A DNA stretch of 63,967 nucleotides, the filler included, from Lenisia limosa (taxonomy: Eukaryota > Protista > Breviatea): assembly GCA_001655205.1 (NCBI GenBank). It is 25 parts of 25 records of this genome, joined end to end, with 100 filler letters (N's around TTAATTAATTAA, not from the genome) between each part and the next. Parts side by side here need not be neighbours in the genome. Positions count along the whole stretch, not along the records: positions 49,363 to 51,892 come from LPNZ01002985.1; positions 51,993 to 53,274 come from LPNZ01009990.1; positions 53,375 to 56,167 come from LPNZ01005621.1; positions 56,268 to 57,556 come from LPNZ01009140.1; positions 57,657 to 59,063 come from LPNZ01000656.1; positions 59,164 to 61,362 come from LPNZ01008099.1; positions 61,463 to 62,756 come from LPNZ01000566.1; 18 more parts are not named here. The stretch is one strand, 5' to 3'. The position numbers and the translations under genes are program-made. Of the stretch, positions 49,643 to 62,501 are shown one piece after another. Each line of letters starts with the position of its first letter. Position 1 is the stretch's first letter. A model generated the notes under the pieces. The model was not told the origin of the DNA. It ran no database searches and saw nothing but the letters and a program-made list of their open reading frames with translations.

Positions 49643-51412
49643 AGAACTCGCCGTTCCTCCTCAGTTGAGAACCTCAACCGCCTCGCTGCCCCCTCTTCTT
49701 CAGTAAGAGGTGTTTACCATAACAATAAAATACTTTCTCATTTCCATGTAATAACTCCCTCCAAAAACATGCCAAATAGGACTTCCCAACGATCTCAAAA
49801 AGCCTGAATTTCTCTATACTAATCCTCGAAAATATCGATATGTTGCCAGTATTTTTCGGACAATAAGTCCTAATGCCTAACCATTTGTCAGCATTGTGAC
49901 TGTTTAGAAAATCCACTCTGCACCCTCAAGTCCCGAGCGTCATATTTCCATACAAGGTATTGCCTGGGCCAAAATTTCGTTCCAAATAAAGTCCAAATTT
50001 TCGATCAATCATAGATAGATTGAGATCTTATACCCGAGTTGTTGAGTGTAACTTTAGGTTCAGCCAGATGAGTAATACAGTATCTTTGATATCTAGGGCT
50101 CCTCTTTGGTAAAAGATAAATGTCCGAAATAGTATATCATATATTATAGTATGCTAGGTCGATCTTTTTTTGGAAAAAAGTGAAGGCTTTTGTTATCTTT
50201 TATAACATATGATTGTTATCATAGACACTCCCAGCTAGATGTCAGTACTATTATTTACACACGAGGAACTCGGTCGCTTTGGCAGTTGTCAAATTACATA
50301 TAACAAATATTCACATTATCTACCTCATTATAGTCTGATTTTAGTTCAAGTTACTATGCTTTTTTACAGCTCAGATGGTCGTGAAGAGAACTCTAGCCAA
50401 GCGGAAGACAAATTGCAACCCGTGGGTGTGGAGTTATGATATTACGTTATAATATACATGTATGAAAGAGAGAAAGAGGATCCGGGGCCTTTCCATTATA
50501 CTACGTATAATATATTCTGCACTTTCGCGTCAGCCAACAGAGTTGATTTTGGGGCTTTTTTTTTTTGNNNNNNNNNNNNNNNNNNNNNNNNNNNNNNNNN
50601 NNNNNNNNNNNNNNNNNNNNNNNNNNNNNNNNNTCCCGAGTAGCTATTTATCAGCCTGCAGGCGTGGCCGTAAAAGACCCGTTGCTTAATAGGAAAACAG
50701 TCGCGACCGTTCCACCACATGTGACAATGGTAGGCTGGGATAGCTTTTTGATGGAGGGGATCAAATTGTCAAATGCAAAATATCATATCAAATTCTGGTA
50801 TATTGCTCTTTTTATATTTTTTGACGAAAGAGACAAATATGATAGGAACGACTACCCACATTTTGGGATATTTCTTAGAGGTTCATTGGAAAGACTAAAT
50901 CCCCGAATTAATCCTCAATTAATCCCCGAATTATCATGATAATTTTGTAACAGAAATTGAAGCCTTCTTTCTCTATTACGAGCGCTGTTTTCACCGTCTC
51001 TAGGAGCCAATAAGAAGGCGAACAGCAGCCGTTGTCACCCACCTCGCAAACTCCCAAGCAAATCCGCAGGGAAACCCCGAAACCGTTCCCTCCGATTCCC
51101 ACACCTTTTCTCAGTACCGCCCTAATATCAGCTCACAACATAACCCTCAATCCGTAAGGGGAGAAACGTACAACATAACATCGTATTCTTTTATGTTGTT
51201 GTTCTTTTAGATTGCTTCTCTTAAATCATACGTAATATACGTAAAAATTATTATCTCTCAATTCCTTTCCTTCAGGTTTATCAAATTACTTTCTTGTTTT
51301 GTTTTGTTGTATATTTTTCGATTTCACTTATCAGGTTCAACAGGCTTGGGGAATAGACGAAAGTGAACTCCTCCCTGCTCCAACTAATGTGAACATCGTG
51401 AATCAAGCACCG
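49643..51412 (+). CDS. Spliced gene fragment of unknown function
   Basis: Open AG/GT exons (TRRSSSVENLNRLAAPSSS; SRVAIYQPAGVAVKDPLLNRK; EPIRRRTAAVVTHLANS...; VQQAWGIDESELLPAP). Confidence 0.45.
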
Positions 51413-52061
51413 TAGGGGGGGATAATATGAAATATCTACATAATATATAGATATTATTTCATTTTTATTTTATTATTGTTTTTTATTATTTTTTATTTTT
51501 TTTTTGGGGGGGGGGGGAGTAAAATTGGAAAATTTATGAAGCAAAAAAGCCCAAGTCAACTCTGCTGGTTGACAACACTAGTCCGCAGGTCCGGCCAAGA
51601 TTATTATACCTTGCACCTTGGAGTATGTGCATCATAAGACATTTATTGATAAAATTTGCAATTAAAGGGTCCAAAATGCTGCTCTGTGACAATATGTCCC
51701 AATTTCAAATATCTCAATTAGTTGCACATAGTCCTTACATCCCGAATTCTCACCAAGATGATAGGACTGCGTGCAGTTAATTTCTTAAAGAAATGTACGA
51801 AACCATCATCGAAATTAAGTCCCCAAATACCTGATCTCCTCAGGTATCGTCAAGATAATACGGAAGTTCCCCGCGGCCAGTCCGCGGCTCTANNNNNNNN
51901 NNNNNNNNNNNNNNNNNNNNNNNNNNNNNNNNNNNNTTAATTAATTAANNNNNNNNNNNNNNNNNNNNNNNNNNNNNNNNNNNNNNNNNNNNGTGTTGTC
52001 AGCCAACAGAGTTGATTTTGGGCTTTTTCAGAAACCCTTAATATCGTAACATTCAATTCAG

Positions 52062-53270
52062 GTGCTGAGCATCGTCCGGCTCGGGTGACGCATTTCCCGT
52101 CGGCGTATAACGAAGTGTACGCCTGGGGTAGACTTACCATACTATACCATATCATATTATATCTTCGGCCAGATATAGTCATTTATTTTCCAAAATAACA
52201 AAACAAAACAACTTAAACTCAACAGGCAAAAAGACCGAACACTTGCAATCATGAAGCAAACAACTCGACAGAGACGACCTGAAAAATCCGTGGGTTATTA
52301 TGTTGCATTTTATTTTTGTTTGGTTTGGTTTGGTTTTGGTTTTGGTTTTTTTTTTTTTTTTTTTGGTTNNNNNNNNNNNNNNNNNNNNNNNNNNNNNNNN
52401 NNNNNNNNNNNNNNNNNNNNNNNNNNNNNNNNNNNNNNNNNNNNNNNNNNNNNNNNNNNNNNNNNNNNNNNNNNNNNNNNNNNNNNNNNNNNNNNNNNNN
52501 NNNNNNNNNNNNNNNNNNNNNNNNNNNNNNNNNNNNNNNNNNNNNNNNCAAAGTGAAACCCCAATTTAACATATTGTCGTGTCAAAACCAAATTAAGTCC
52601 TTGAGCTCTCTGTTAATGGTCCAAATACTGTCAAAAACAAGCAAAAACCGTTATAAAAGGCCACATTCAAAGAATAAATGGCAACTATCCGGGAAAATTT
52701 ACCCTTGTAGACAGTGCTATTTTGAGCAATTTTCTCTCAAAATTCACCATTACATAGCCAAAGTAAAGTGGAACCCGGAACCAAATACTCCGAGTGGTGC
52801 AAATTTTTGTTTCTTTACACTTAAAGAGGGTAAGACTCAGAAAATAATCCTGGGGACCCCCGGGAGACCAAATTCACGGATTTTTGACGTTTGCTCTAAA
52901 TTGAAAAAAAAAAAGTGAGGGAACATTAGGAGGACCATTTCTCTTTGTATCTGTCGAATCAGATTTTCAAAAAACACTAGCAATGGCCTATACAAGGCAT
53001 TAACTTCAAGCTGTCCGGGAGTTTTGATGTGTCCGGGAATTTTGAATGGTGTCCGGAGCTTTGAGGACCCACATATATATTTTTTTTTGTTTGATTTGTG
53101 AAATTTGAACACTTTTCCCTATTTCGACTAGCAAAAGCACTAACCCCAAAGGTCCGCAAACTCTCCCGGCAATCGCGCTCAGTTGCCAATAGGGCGGTAC
53201 GACGCGACGAGTTCGCCAATGAGAAGGCCTGGGAAGGTGCCATGCGCGAGTACTTCAATAGAGATTGATG
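52062..53270 (+). CDS. Possible RCC1/BLIP-II repeat protein fragment
   Basis: Exon ending NEVYAWG and a later open frame NSPGNRAQLPIG...SPMRRPGKVP. The exons are not phase-linked because of a gap. Confidence 0.3.
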
Positions 53271-53481
53271 TGGGNNNNNNNNNNNNNNNNNNNNNNNNNN
53301 NNNNNNNNNNNNNNNNNNTTAATTAATTAANNNNNNNNNNNNNNNNNNNNNNNNNNNNNNNNNNNNNNNNNNNNTGAATGACCATGGGCTTATCACATGT
53401 GCTTGATACCATTTAAAACTATCAGTTCATAACACACCACCTGTTGCCGTAATTCACCCATCCAGCTTCCTGAAATTCAGG

Positions 53482-54800
53482 AATATGACGACCAGTCCCT
53501 TGGATTCGAAGCCGATGAAAGCGGCTCACCTGATGTCCCTCTGTTTATGAAGGCGCGGGCCAAGGCTAAAGCTCCACAAACACCAAAGCCAAAACAGCAC
53601 CTTTTGAATATTGATGGTTTGTGCCTGGCTTCTCTGGTAACGCTATGATACATGTAGCTATGTACAGGTACATACATATAACACATAGTAATCTATGAAA
53701 TGAAAAAAAAAAAAAAAAAANNNNNNNNNNNNNNNNNNNNNNNNNNNNNNNNNNNNNNNNNNNNNNNNNNNNNNNNNNNNNNNNNNNNNNNNNNNNNNNN
53801 NNNNNNNNNNNNNNNNNCAAAGTGAAGCTGGTGAAATGATAATGTTGTGGGATACTCAAATTATACATCGTTTTTAAATGGTGTGTTATGTCCTGTAGGC
53901 AGAATCAACCTTTTATTATTTCGCATTTCTATCACATAAAGATAATATAATATCATATGTAGAATATTTCAGGATACACCACTTTATAACCCACCATTCA
54001 GAACCTACCTCCCTCCCCGTTGCATTAACGTCCCCTTCAAAACACCCCCATGTTTTGCAAACGTTGGTGGTGAGAAGCTATTTGTATTGTTAGGGTGATT
54101 CTCAATTTAACAACGTGATATCATAATACACTATTACTATGAAGTCATATAATATGACTTATGATAACCTTCACTTCTTTTCGAAAAGACTGATAGTTTG
54201 CGCGCCCTTTTCGAACTGAAGTGAAGTGTTAATTAATGATGTTAAAGCCTCTGGGATTCGTCTTATTGATAATGCAATTGACAGTTACACATTAGACCAT
54301 CCCACGCAAATTTTGAGACCAGGCCACCCCCTGAATTCCAAGTGAGTTTTTTTTTTTTTTTTTTTTCCCNNNNNNNNNNNNNNNNNNNNNNNNNNNNNNN
54401 NNNNNNNNNNNNNNNNNNNNNNNNNNNNNNNNNTTGCGGCTCATTACAATCTAGTCGCCAGAAGAGGATATTGGAGCAGACGAGTTGTCTCACAGTCTTT
54501 TGGTACGATTTGGCTAACAACCCAGCTTACCTTGGGCCATATTTACAGTTATATTATTGAAAGTCATGAATGGTACACAAATAATGACATTGAACATTCA
54601 TCAACCCAAGATTCACCTTTTCCCTTTAGATCTCTGGATCAAGTGATGACAGAATTCTGGGTGAAGCACTGAGTGAATCCATGCATTCTGTGAGGGGTGA
54701 GAAAAGAATCCCCGTCAAAACAACAAAAACAATACCAGATTGTATTACTGACCCTTTAGCTTCATGGTGATTGAGCCCCAGGATTTTTTTCTTGGTCCAA
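53482..54800 (+). CDS. Possible spliced gene fragment of unknown function
   Basis: Exon-like blocks EYDDQSLGFEADESGSPDVPLFMKARAK..., DHPTQILRPGHPLNSK and AAHYNLVARRGYWSRRVVSQSFG. Confidence 0.4.
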
Positions 54801-55605
54801 AAATGTCATTTCTTAGTTTTGAAAGTTTCGTATTATTTTGTGTTGTTTCTTTTGCCTGAGTGAGGTGGTATTGATGTCGTTTGAAAATAGACCAAAGATT
54901 GCAGTTGTTTGGTTGGGGATGGAAATAAAAAGGGCTTACATGATTCTTTCTTAAAGCAGGTATGATACACTGAGAAACCTGATTCGGATTTTTGTCAACT
55001 TTCACGCAATATTCACAAATACTCTCTAGAACTGTTTAAAAATCATTTTAAACGAAAAAAAATGAAATCCACAAAATTTACAACGCTTTGGTCCTGATGA
55101 CGTGGCAGTTCTCAGGTACATACCTGCTTTAAGTTGGATACACATCAAGTATGCATTATAAAAAGTGACTCTTGCCGATAGAGACTTACATTTTCACAAT
55201 GGATGTTATTTGGGATTCGGTGCAATTAATTTTGTGAAATTAATTAATAAAATTTTAAATATTTTGCTCTATGAATCTCAATAATTATTCTAATTAATTG
55301 CACAGAGCCGAAGTATCATTCAGATATGGTTCACTGATTTTTTATTTTGCTTTGATTCGAAAAGAAGATTTGATTGCGACAATTTTTCCAAAAAGAAAAT
55401 GTAATTTTTAATGAAGCTCGCAAAAGGGTCAGTAATCAACAGGAGCATTTTGGCTCAGTCCCACAAACTTCAGATAATCTTGCGTCTTTCAAAAACTAAT
55501 ATCCATTTCACTACTTCAGACCTTGGATGTGGTGTGTGAGGGAATTAAGAAAATTAGAGAGAATGAAAAGCAAAGAAACCAGGTTTGTTGTGAATTGAAT
55601 TGTAC

Positions 55606-56167
55606 TCAAGCGGCCATTAATTGGTTGAGATCATTGATAGTTCGCGTGTGAGTATGTCGTGCCATTTGCCAAAGAGTTGCTCCGGGGTCTGAAAGATACT
55701 CCTGTTGAAGGTAAGAAAGTGAAAAACAGTAGAATAGCAATGACGTATGACCTACAGGGGGGATTATTCGTTTGAGGTCCATTTTGACAAGGTCCATTCG
55801 AAGGAAGGGTACGGCATTTTGTAGTTTCGGGTCTCTGAGAAAACCGTTTGGCGGTGACTACACCACCGTAAAAGGTCGAGTACACTTGATAATGTTTCAA
55901 CATAAGAGGAAACAATGAATGTCGCACCTATCCCATTACTCAGCTCACATTGAGAGCAACATGTTTTGCAAATGCCATTCGAACGTCATCGTGTTGGAGG
56001 GCAGTTACCAACTGTCGGAGGAATACCCCTGATTGCTGTGGGGGTGGGGTGAGCCAAAAAATGGAAGCGAATCGATTCTTACATTGGAGGGACGACGGGG
56101 AGGTGGGGGAGGCTGGAACTGGTTCATATGGGGAGGAGGTGCGTATGGATTCTAAAAGCGTCAACGC
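55606..56167 (-). CDS. Spliced gene fragment of unknown function
   Basis: Minus-strand exons ...SPYEPVPASPTSPSSLQ|gtaag and ccccacAG|QSGVFLRQLVTALQHDDVRMAFAKHVALN|gtgag. The strand of the 55600-55900 part is ambiguous. Confidence 0.4.
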
Positions 56168-57379
56168 NNNNNNNNNNNNNNNNNNNNNNNNNNNNNNNNN
56201 NNNNNNNNNNNTTAATTAATTAANNNNNNNNNNNNNNNNNNNNNNNNNNNNNNNNNNNNNNNNNNNNCGCTCAACAAAAGTTGGAAAGCTAGTAGAGCTT
56301 TGAGATTCGCTGTCAGTATTGGCCTTAGACTGCAACTGGTGAGATCCATGTAGCAACCTTCTTTTACAAAATATTAGAACCCGCGCTTCCCGTCTGAAAA
56401 AGATCGAGAAAATAGTGGAATGTATCGAAGACTAATAAGAACTCCATTCCTATTTTTTTTTGATACTGTCACTTCTCCCAACCATTTGACTTACAACTCT
56501 GCACCCATTGCTTTCTGAGAGGCATTTTTTGGACTTAAAAATCTGTTAANNNNNNNNNNAGTGACAGTAATTAGAAGCGGACAGGGATATTGTGATGAGA
56601 ACTCCATTAAAGCTACTTTAATTGCACANNNNNNNNNNGTGACAGTAAATCCAGTTTTGAAATTAGAAGCGGACAGGGATATTGTGATGAGAACTCCATT
56701 AAAGCTACTTTAATTGCACATTCAGTCACAGAAATTTATAACACGGAGTCATATTATTATAAAGAAACAATATTCTGGGAGCGAGGGGCGGCGGGGGATA
56801 CTGCTAAAACATTTAAGTGTCAATATTGACACGTCACTGTGTTTGATCATATCAAGTGGAATCCTAATTTCTCTTCCTATTTTTTTATTGAGGTACAAGC
56901 TCTGCTATAACAATTGAAACTCCCAGCCCCTCCTTGACATACCAAGGCTACGCTCAACAAAAGTTGGAAAGCTAGTAGAGCTTTGAGATTCGCTGTCAGT
57001 ATTGGCCTTANNNNNNNNNNTCTTGACATACCAAGGCTGCGCTCAACAAAAGTTGGAAAGCTAGTAGAGCTTTGAGATTCGCTGTCAGTATTGGCCTTAG
57101 ACTGCAACTGGTGAGATCCATGTAGCAACCTTCTTTTACAAAATATTAGAACCCGCGCTTCCCGTCTGAAAAAGACCGAGAAAATAGTGGAATGTATCGA
57201 AGACTAATAAGAACTCCATTCCTTTTTTTTTTTTGATACTGTCACTTCTCCCAACCATTTGCCTTACAACTCTGCACCCATTGCTTTCTGAGAGGCATTT
57301 TTTGGACTTAAAAATCTGTTAATATTTTACCGGTCTTTTTTGGAGCGGAGTGAAGCCCTAGTGCCTGCCCCCAGCATAC

Positions 57380-57492
57380 ATGGACGTAATTGAGGATCAG
57401 CATCCATGGTCCTTCTTCCGAGTCCATATCACAATGGACTTCATAGAGTTCTCCAGTTGTGGCCGTCAATTTCAAGGGGCCAGTTGGGATAC
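57380..57492 (-). CDS. Exon encoding the start of a fibrinogen-like (YCDMxxxGGGW-type) domain
   Basis: GIPTGPLKLTATTGELYEVHCDMDSEEGPWMLILNYVH, bounded by AG/GT. Confidence 0.6.
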
Positions 57493-57656
57493 CTTGAAAT
57501 AAGATTTTTCATAGAAGAAAAAAAAACAAGGCTGTATCTGGTCGAAGCCGTCCACANNNNNNNNNNNNNNNNNNNNNNNNNNNNNNNNNNNNNNNNNNNN
57601 TTAATTAATTAANNNNNNNNNNNNNNNNNNNNNNNNNNNNNNNNNNNNNNNNNNNN

Positions 57657-58733
57657 GTACCACTCCTTCTTTGAAACGTTCTTCTCCTCCAAACGAGCAA
57701 TCATATCCTGAAGATAGTGTGATCGACGAGTAGGTATAATGATGATAATGATAATGATGAAGATAATGAAGATAATGATGAAGATAATGAAGATAATGAT
57801 AAAGAATGAGGAATTATAATATCGATAACAACAACCAACCCCCACCTTCAAGTCAGCATCCCCCTCATCATCCTGCAGATGTTTCGGGATCAGCTCCACA
57901 GCTTCCTCCTCCTCTCCATCGGTAACGTCATCATCATTATCACTCTTCACTTCCTCATCCGAGCCCTCGCCCTCCATATGCTCAATCATCTTCCTTAAGT
58001 CATCATCTTCGTTGTCTCCAGCGTCCTCAGCTGTCCACCCGAGAGCCTTCTTCATCTCTTCCTCGTCAAACTCCTTATCTTCACCTTCATCTTCATCATC
58101 ATCATCATCCTGGCTTCCCAGCTGCTTCATTTCGGCTTCCATTAACTTGTCGAAGTCATCGTCACCTTCAAAGTCCCCTGAAATAGTAAGAAAGAATGGT
58201 GAAAAAAAAAAAAAAGTGTGAGGGGTGTTCACTGAGAGAATATTCATATGAATCTTTTGAGCTCATATGAACTTTGAGATATTCTGAATTGTTAAAGATT
58301 GGGAAGAGTCCAATATAATAGAGCAAGGAAATTGGCCTTCCATACCCCTCTCTTCTACCCAGCAGAGTTGTAAGGCAAATGATCGTGAATTAATATTATA
58401 CTATAATCCAAAATCTCTGAGAAGCGTGATGGTGGATGGCTTCGGCCAGATACAAACATGTTTTTTTTTTTCTTGCCATTTCTGCAGAAACACCCCCTAT
58501 TCCATCCACTCCACCCCCCCACGGTCAGAGCCAGATCCTTCAGCAAAGCCGCCTTCGCTCTCGTCATCATCCGCATTCTTCCCTTCTCGCTCCGCCTTCA
58601 GCGGCTCTTCCGCTTCACTGTCCAGTTCGTCGAAGTCCGAGCCGAAGTCTTCGGAGCCGAACTCCGAGCCCAAACCAGAGCCTTCGGACAATTCCGATTC
58701 CGATTGTTCCGCCGGTTCTTCCACCTTGGGATC
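57657..58733 (-). CDS. MPP10: U3 snoRNP protein MPP10 fragment
   Basis: Long Asp/Glu-rich exons followed by DMIARLEEKNVSKKEW, matching the Mpp10 IxxLExxxxxxKxW segment. Confidence 0.68.
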
Positions 58734-59163
58734 CTGGAGGGGGGGGGTAAAATTGGAAAATTTATGAAACAAAAAAAGAAGCCCAAAATCAACTCTGTTG
58801 GGTAATAACACACAAGGGTTGTAAAAATGGGAAATTTATGAAGCAAAGAACAAATGAAATAGCGACGAAGAATATTGGTGTCAAGAATAACCACAGGAGG
58901 GCTCAATGAAGTAAACCACAGGGTGAAAATAGGTATCTACAAGGGAAACGCTCCTTTTCAAGGTGGTAAAATAATTCAAAAAGCCCCCCTCCTATCAAGC
59001 CAAGCCCCCCTCCTATCAAGACAAACGGGGCAAATATATGGCTCAAAACCAGCAATATCAACTNNNNNNNNNNNNNNNNNNNNNNNNNNNNNNNNNNNNN
59101 NNNNNNNTTAATTAATTAANNNNNNNNNNNNNNNNNNNNNNNNNNNNNNNNNNNNNNNNNNNN

Positions 59164-59460
59164 ATTTGCTTGGGGTTATTACGGTTGCAGCTCATTTGCT
59201 AGGGGTTATTACGGCTGCAGCTCATTTACTTGGGGTTATGATGTTGCAGCTCATTTGCTTGGGGTTATGCAACTCATTTGCTAGGGGTTATTACGGCTGC
59301 AGCTCATTTACTTGGGGTAATAACGGTTCGGTTGCAGATCATTTGCTTGGGGTTATTACGGTTGTAGCTCGTTTGCTTGGGGTTATTACGGGTAATTACG
59401 ATTTGTTTACTGTCATTATTGTTGTAGCTCAATTGCTTGAGGTTATTACGTATTCAGCTG
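59164..59460. repeat. Minisatellite, ~9 degenerate copies of a 30-bp unit (ATTTGCTTGGGGTTATTACGGTTGCAGCTC)
   Basis: Direct read. Confidence 0.88.
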
Positions 59461-60425
59461 GATTGTACTGGTTACTGGGTTCTTATTTTTTATATTGTTT
59501 TAGGATAAGTTTTTTTTATGGTAATACATATATCAAATAATTACATTTGGAATGCAACAACTTGCACCGAAANNNNNNNNNNGTGGGTTCTTATTTTTTA
59601 TATTGTTTCAGGATAAGTTTTTTTTCTGGTAATACATATATCAAATAATTACATTTGGAATGCAACAACTTGCACCGAAACGGATTAATACAGCTATCTC
59701 GATTACCATATTATTATTTATTATTATTATATTCAAGAACTTTGTGTATATTTTGAAGATATATGTTTAGATTAATCGTATTTTATATACCTATTAAATT
59801 AGTAATGATTAATAGTAATAATAATAAAATTGAGCAGTGAAATATTACATTTTAATGATAAGCTATCTCTCTTCATTGATGAGGGTGTAACAGATGCTAG
59901 ATTAGTATTAATCATATACATGAGCTTACCTCAGATATTTTTTGTTTCTGAATATTTTGTTTGTCAACCTCATNNNNNNNNNNTCTAATTAATAGTAATA
60001 ATAATAAAATTGAGCAGTGAAATATTATATTTTAATGATAAACTATCTCTCTCTTCATTGATGAAGGTGTAACAGATGCTAGATTAGTNNNNNNNNNNCT
60101 GGGTTCTTATTTTTTATATTGTTTTAGGATAAGTTGTTTTTATGGTAATACATATATCAAATAATTACATTTGGAATGCAACAACTTGCACCGAAACGGA
60201 TTAATACAGCTATCTCGATTACCATATTATTATTTATTATTATTATATTCAAGAACTTTGTGTATATTTTGAAGATATATGTTTAGATTAATCGTATTTT
60301 ATATATCTATTAAATTAGTACTGATTAATAGTAATAATAATAAAATTGAGCAGTGAAATATTACATTTTAATGATAAACTATCTCTCTCTTCATTGATGA
60401 AGGTGTAACAGATGCNNNNNNNNNN

Positions 60426-60849
60426 CGTTCCGTTATTTCTCCCTCGGAATCTGTTACTGCAGTGAGAGGATAATTTTGCCATTTCCACTTCATCAGCTGT
60501 ATCAGGAGGAGAACCTCGTACGTGTCGTCCTTAAAATACAGGAATTTGCCTGAATTGGGAAGGTGGAGGGTTTGAGGAAAAGCCGGCATTGTGTACCAAT
60601 AGTATTAGACACTATTTGATGGACATTCATAGACCGAGTGGTAGAGGTCGAAACCATCAAGGATTTGGTGCTGTGATGGGTACAGTTTATCCTGTCCAAG
60701 AAAAGAGACCATAAAATAAGCAATAAAAATGAGGTATTTGACCGAAGCGGATCTAGTTTATCAGGGCTATTAACTATTGCAATCATTTGTCTTATAAATT
60801 CTGCACGTATCCTTCTCCATACATCATATGATCTATAAAACTCTTTCAT
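60426..60849 (-). CDS. Possible 5' part of a spliced gene of unknown function
   Basis: ORF from ATG 60849 (MKEFYRSYDVWRRIRAEFIRQMIAIV) with an intron-like stretch ending ttttcttggacAG. The downstream frame is uncertain. Confidence 0.35.
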
Positions 60850-61919
60850 TACAATATAAAAAATTGGCCGAGTACCAGGATTATCAATGTTGTATTGTAT
60901 CTATAATAAAGGCGTACATCATTCTTGGAGGCAACATTGGTGTCTATCAGATACTCGTTGGCAGAAACAATGGCGGTAGAGACCTTTGATTTTTTGTTTC
61001 TTAATTGTCCGTTTACCCCGGCCTGTGATTCTGACTTTTAGATCTCTTTAAAAAAATCTCATGGTTTTCTATCAGATAATCGTCTTTTTTGCTTAGAAAT
61101 GTGTTTGTTGATATAGCGCACTTAATTACAAAAATAACACCGTAACCTACCAGCCGGCATTTGAACTAAAGTCAAAATTGTTTGTTAACCTCATAGATAC
61201 CCTTCCTTTTTTTGTGGAGCTTGTGGGGCTTTGATTTCCTCAAAATCCTCGTTCTCAAAACACTGCGAAGGTCGGGATTAAAAATCCATGTTTTGATGGT
61301 TGGCTTTAAAAAGGGATAGTTCTCTGTTTCGGGTTGTTCTGCTCTTTTGAGAAGATCAAAAGNNNNNNNNNNNNNNNNNNNNNNNNNNNNNNNNNNNNNN
61401 NNNNNNTTAATTAATTAANNNNNNNNNNNNNNNNNNNNNNNNNNNNNNNNNNNNNNNNNNNNAACTACCCTCAATCTTCACACAATCTAAACACAATCTA
61501 CACACAATCTAAACACAAAAACACAATCTACACATAATACTACTCAAAACAAACAACCTGAATTCGTCTGTAAATGTCGCGTTTTGATCCCTGCATTATG
61601 CAAATAGTAGGGGAGAGAGGATTATTATTCAAGCAGTGGGGGGGTGCAATAAAAATGGACAGTTTTTTGAAACAAAGGGGGTGGCTTTGAAAGGGCTTTG
61701 ACCAAATTGTCCAATACTTGAAGGTTTGGATTGGCACAAGGAGGAGGAGGGTCTTCCGCGTCCGAAAGTTTTGACCCTTTTTGAGTTGAAATTCTTCCTT
61801 TTTGAAAAATTAACATCATCACAAGACACTGGTCAAATAATCTGATTTTGGACGCAGAAGACCTAATTTTTCATGCATATAGTATAATTTTAGCCTATTT
61901 TGCTTTCACATCTTCATAG

Positions 61920-62501
61920 GAATCTGAATCGGAGATCTTTTTGCTGGCCAAAACAGGCGACTTAGTCGGTGTCAAGAGGCTCATCGACACTAAATTAGCT
62001 CGTCCTCTCGAGAGAAATGAAGTGGGGGGTGGGGTGGGGTGAAAGGGTTCTCGCAACATGTTGAGTGCTGGTGGGGTTATCAATATTATTAAAAATGCTG
62101 GAGGCACGCAGAAAGCTGTGCACAGAGTTGTAAGGCAAATGATTGGGTGAATTAGTATTACACTCTAATTCAATATCTCTTATAGGCGTGATAGTGTGGA
62201 CGGCTTCCACCAGATACTACCTTATTTTTATTTCTCATTGCTATATATGATAATAAATATCGCTAAAAGCCTGATGGTGTTGACAGCTTTGGCCAGATAC
62301 AACCTGAATTTATTTCTCATTTCTAGACTATATATCTCTCTAATAATATCAGTATCAGTTTTTTCAAACAAGGTTGTCTTCAGTTTCCTCCCTCACGTTT
62401 AGGCAAATTTCACTGCACTCCATTACGCAGTTCAAAATGGGCATGACGAATTGGCTGAGTACCTCGTGCAATTTGGAGCTGACCCAACCCCTTTCAATAA
62501 A
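61920..62501 (+). CDS. Ankyrin-repeat protein fragment
   Basis: SEIFLLAKTGDLVGVKRLIDTKLARPLERNE|ANFTALHYAVQNGHDELAEYLVQFGADPTPFNK. Confidence 0.88.
62100..62330 (+). repeat. Family B intronic repeat (~150 nt, no TIR, contains GGC-TTCG-GCC); representative copy with partial tandem duplicates
   Basis: Consensus GCACGCAGAAAGCTGTGCACAGAGTTGTAAGGCAAATGATTGGGTGAATT...ATCCAATATCTCTTATAAGCGTGATGGTGTGGACGGCTTCGGCCAGATACAACCTTGTTTTATTTCTCATTGCTATAT. Copies at about 10135, 12005, 15770, 18098, 24140, 26075, 28930, 30310, 32010, 32825, 34810, 37185, 43560, 44310, 52150, 57500 and 58355. Confidence 0.88.

Noticed and set aside
56268-57330. Several near-identical 80-280-bp duplications
   Set aside because: They are associated with 10-N gaps at ~56550, ~56629 and ~57011; this is likely assembly redundancy or uncollapsed alleles.
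59470-60415. Three- to four-fold repeated AT-rich blocks
   Set aside because: They are separated by four 10-N gaps and are most likely an assembly artefact.
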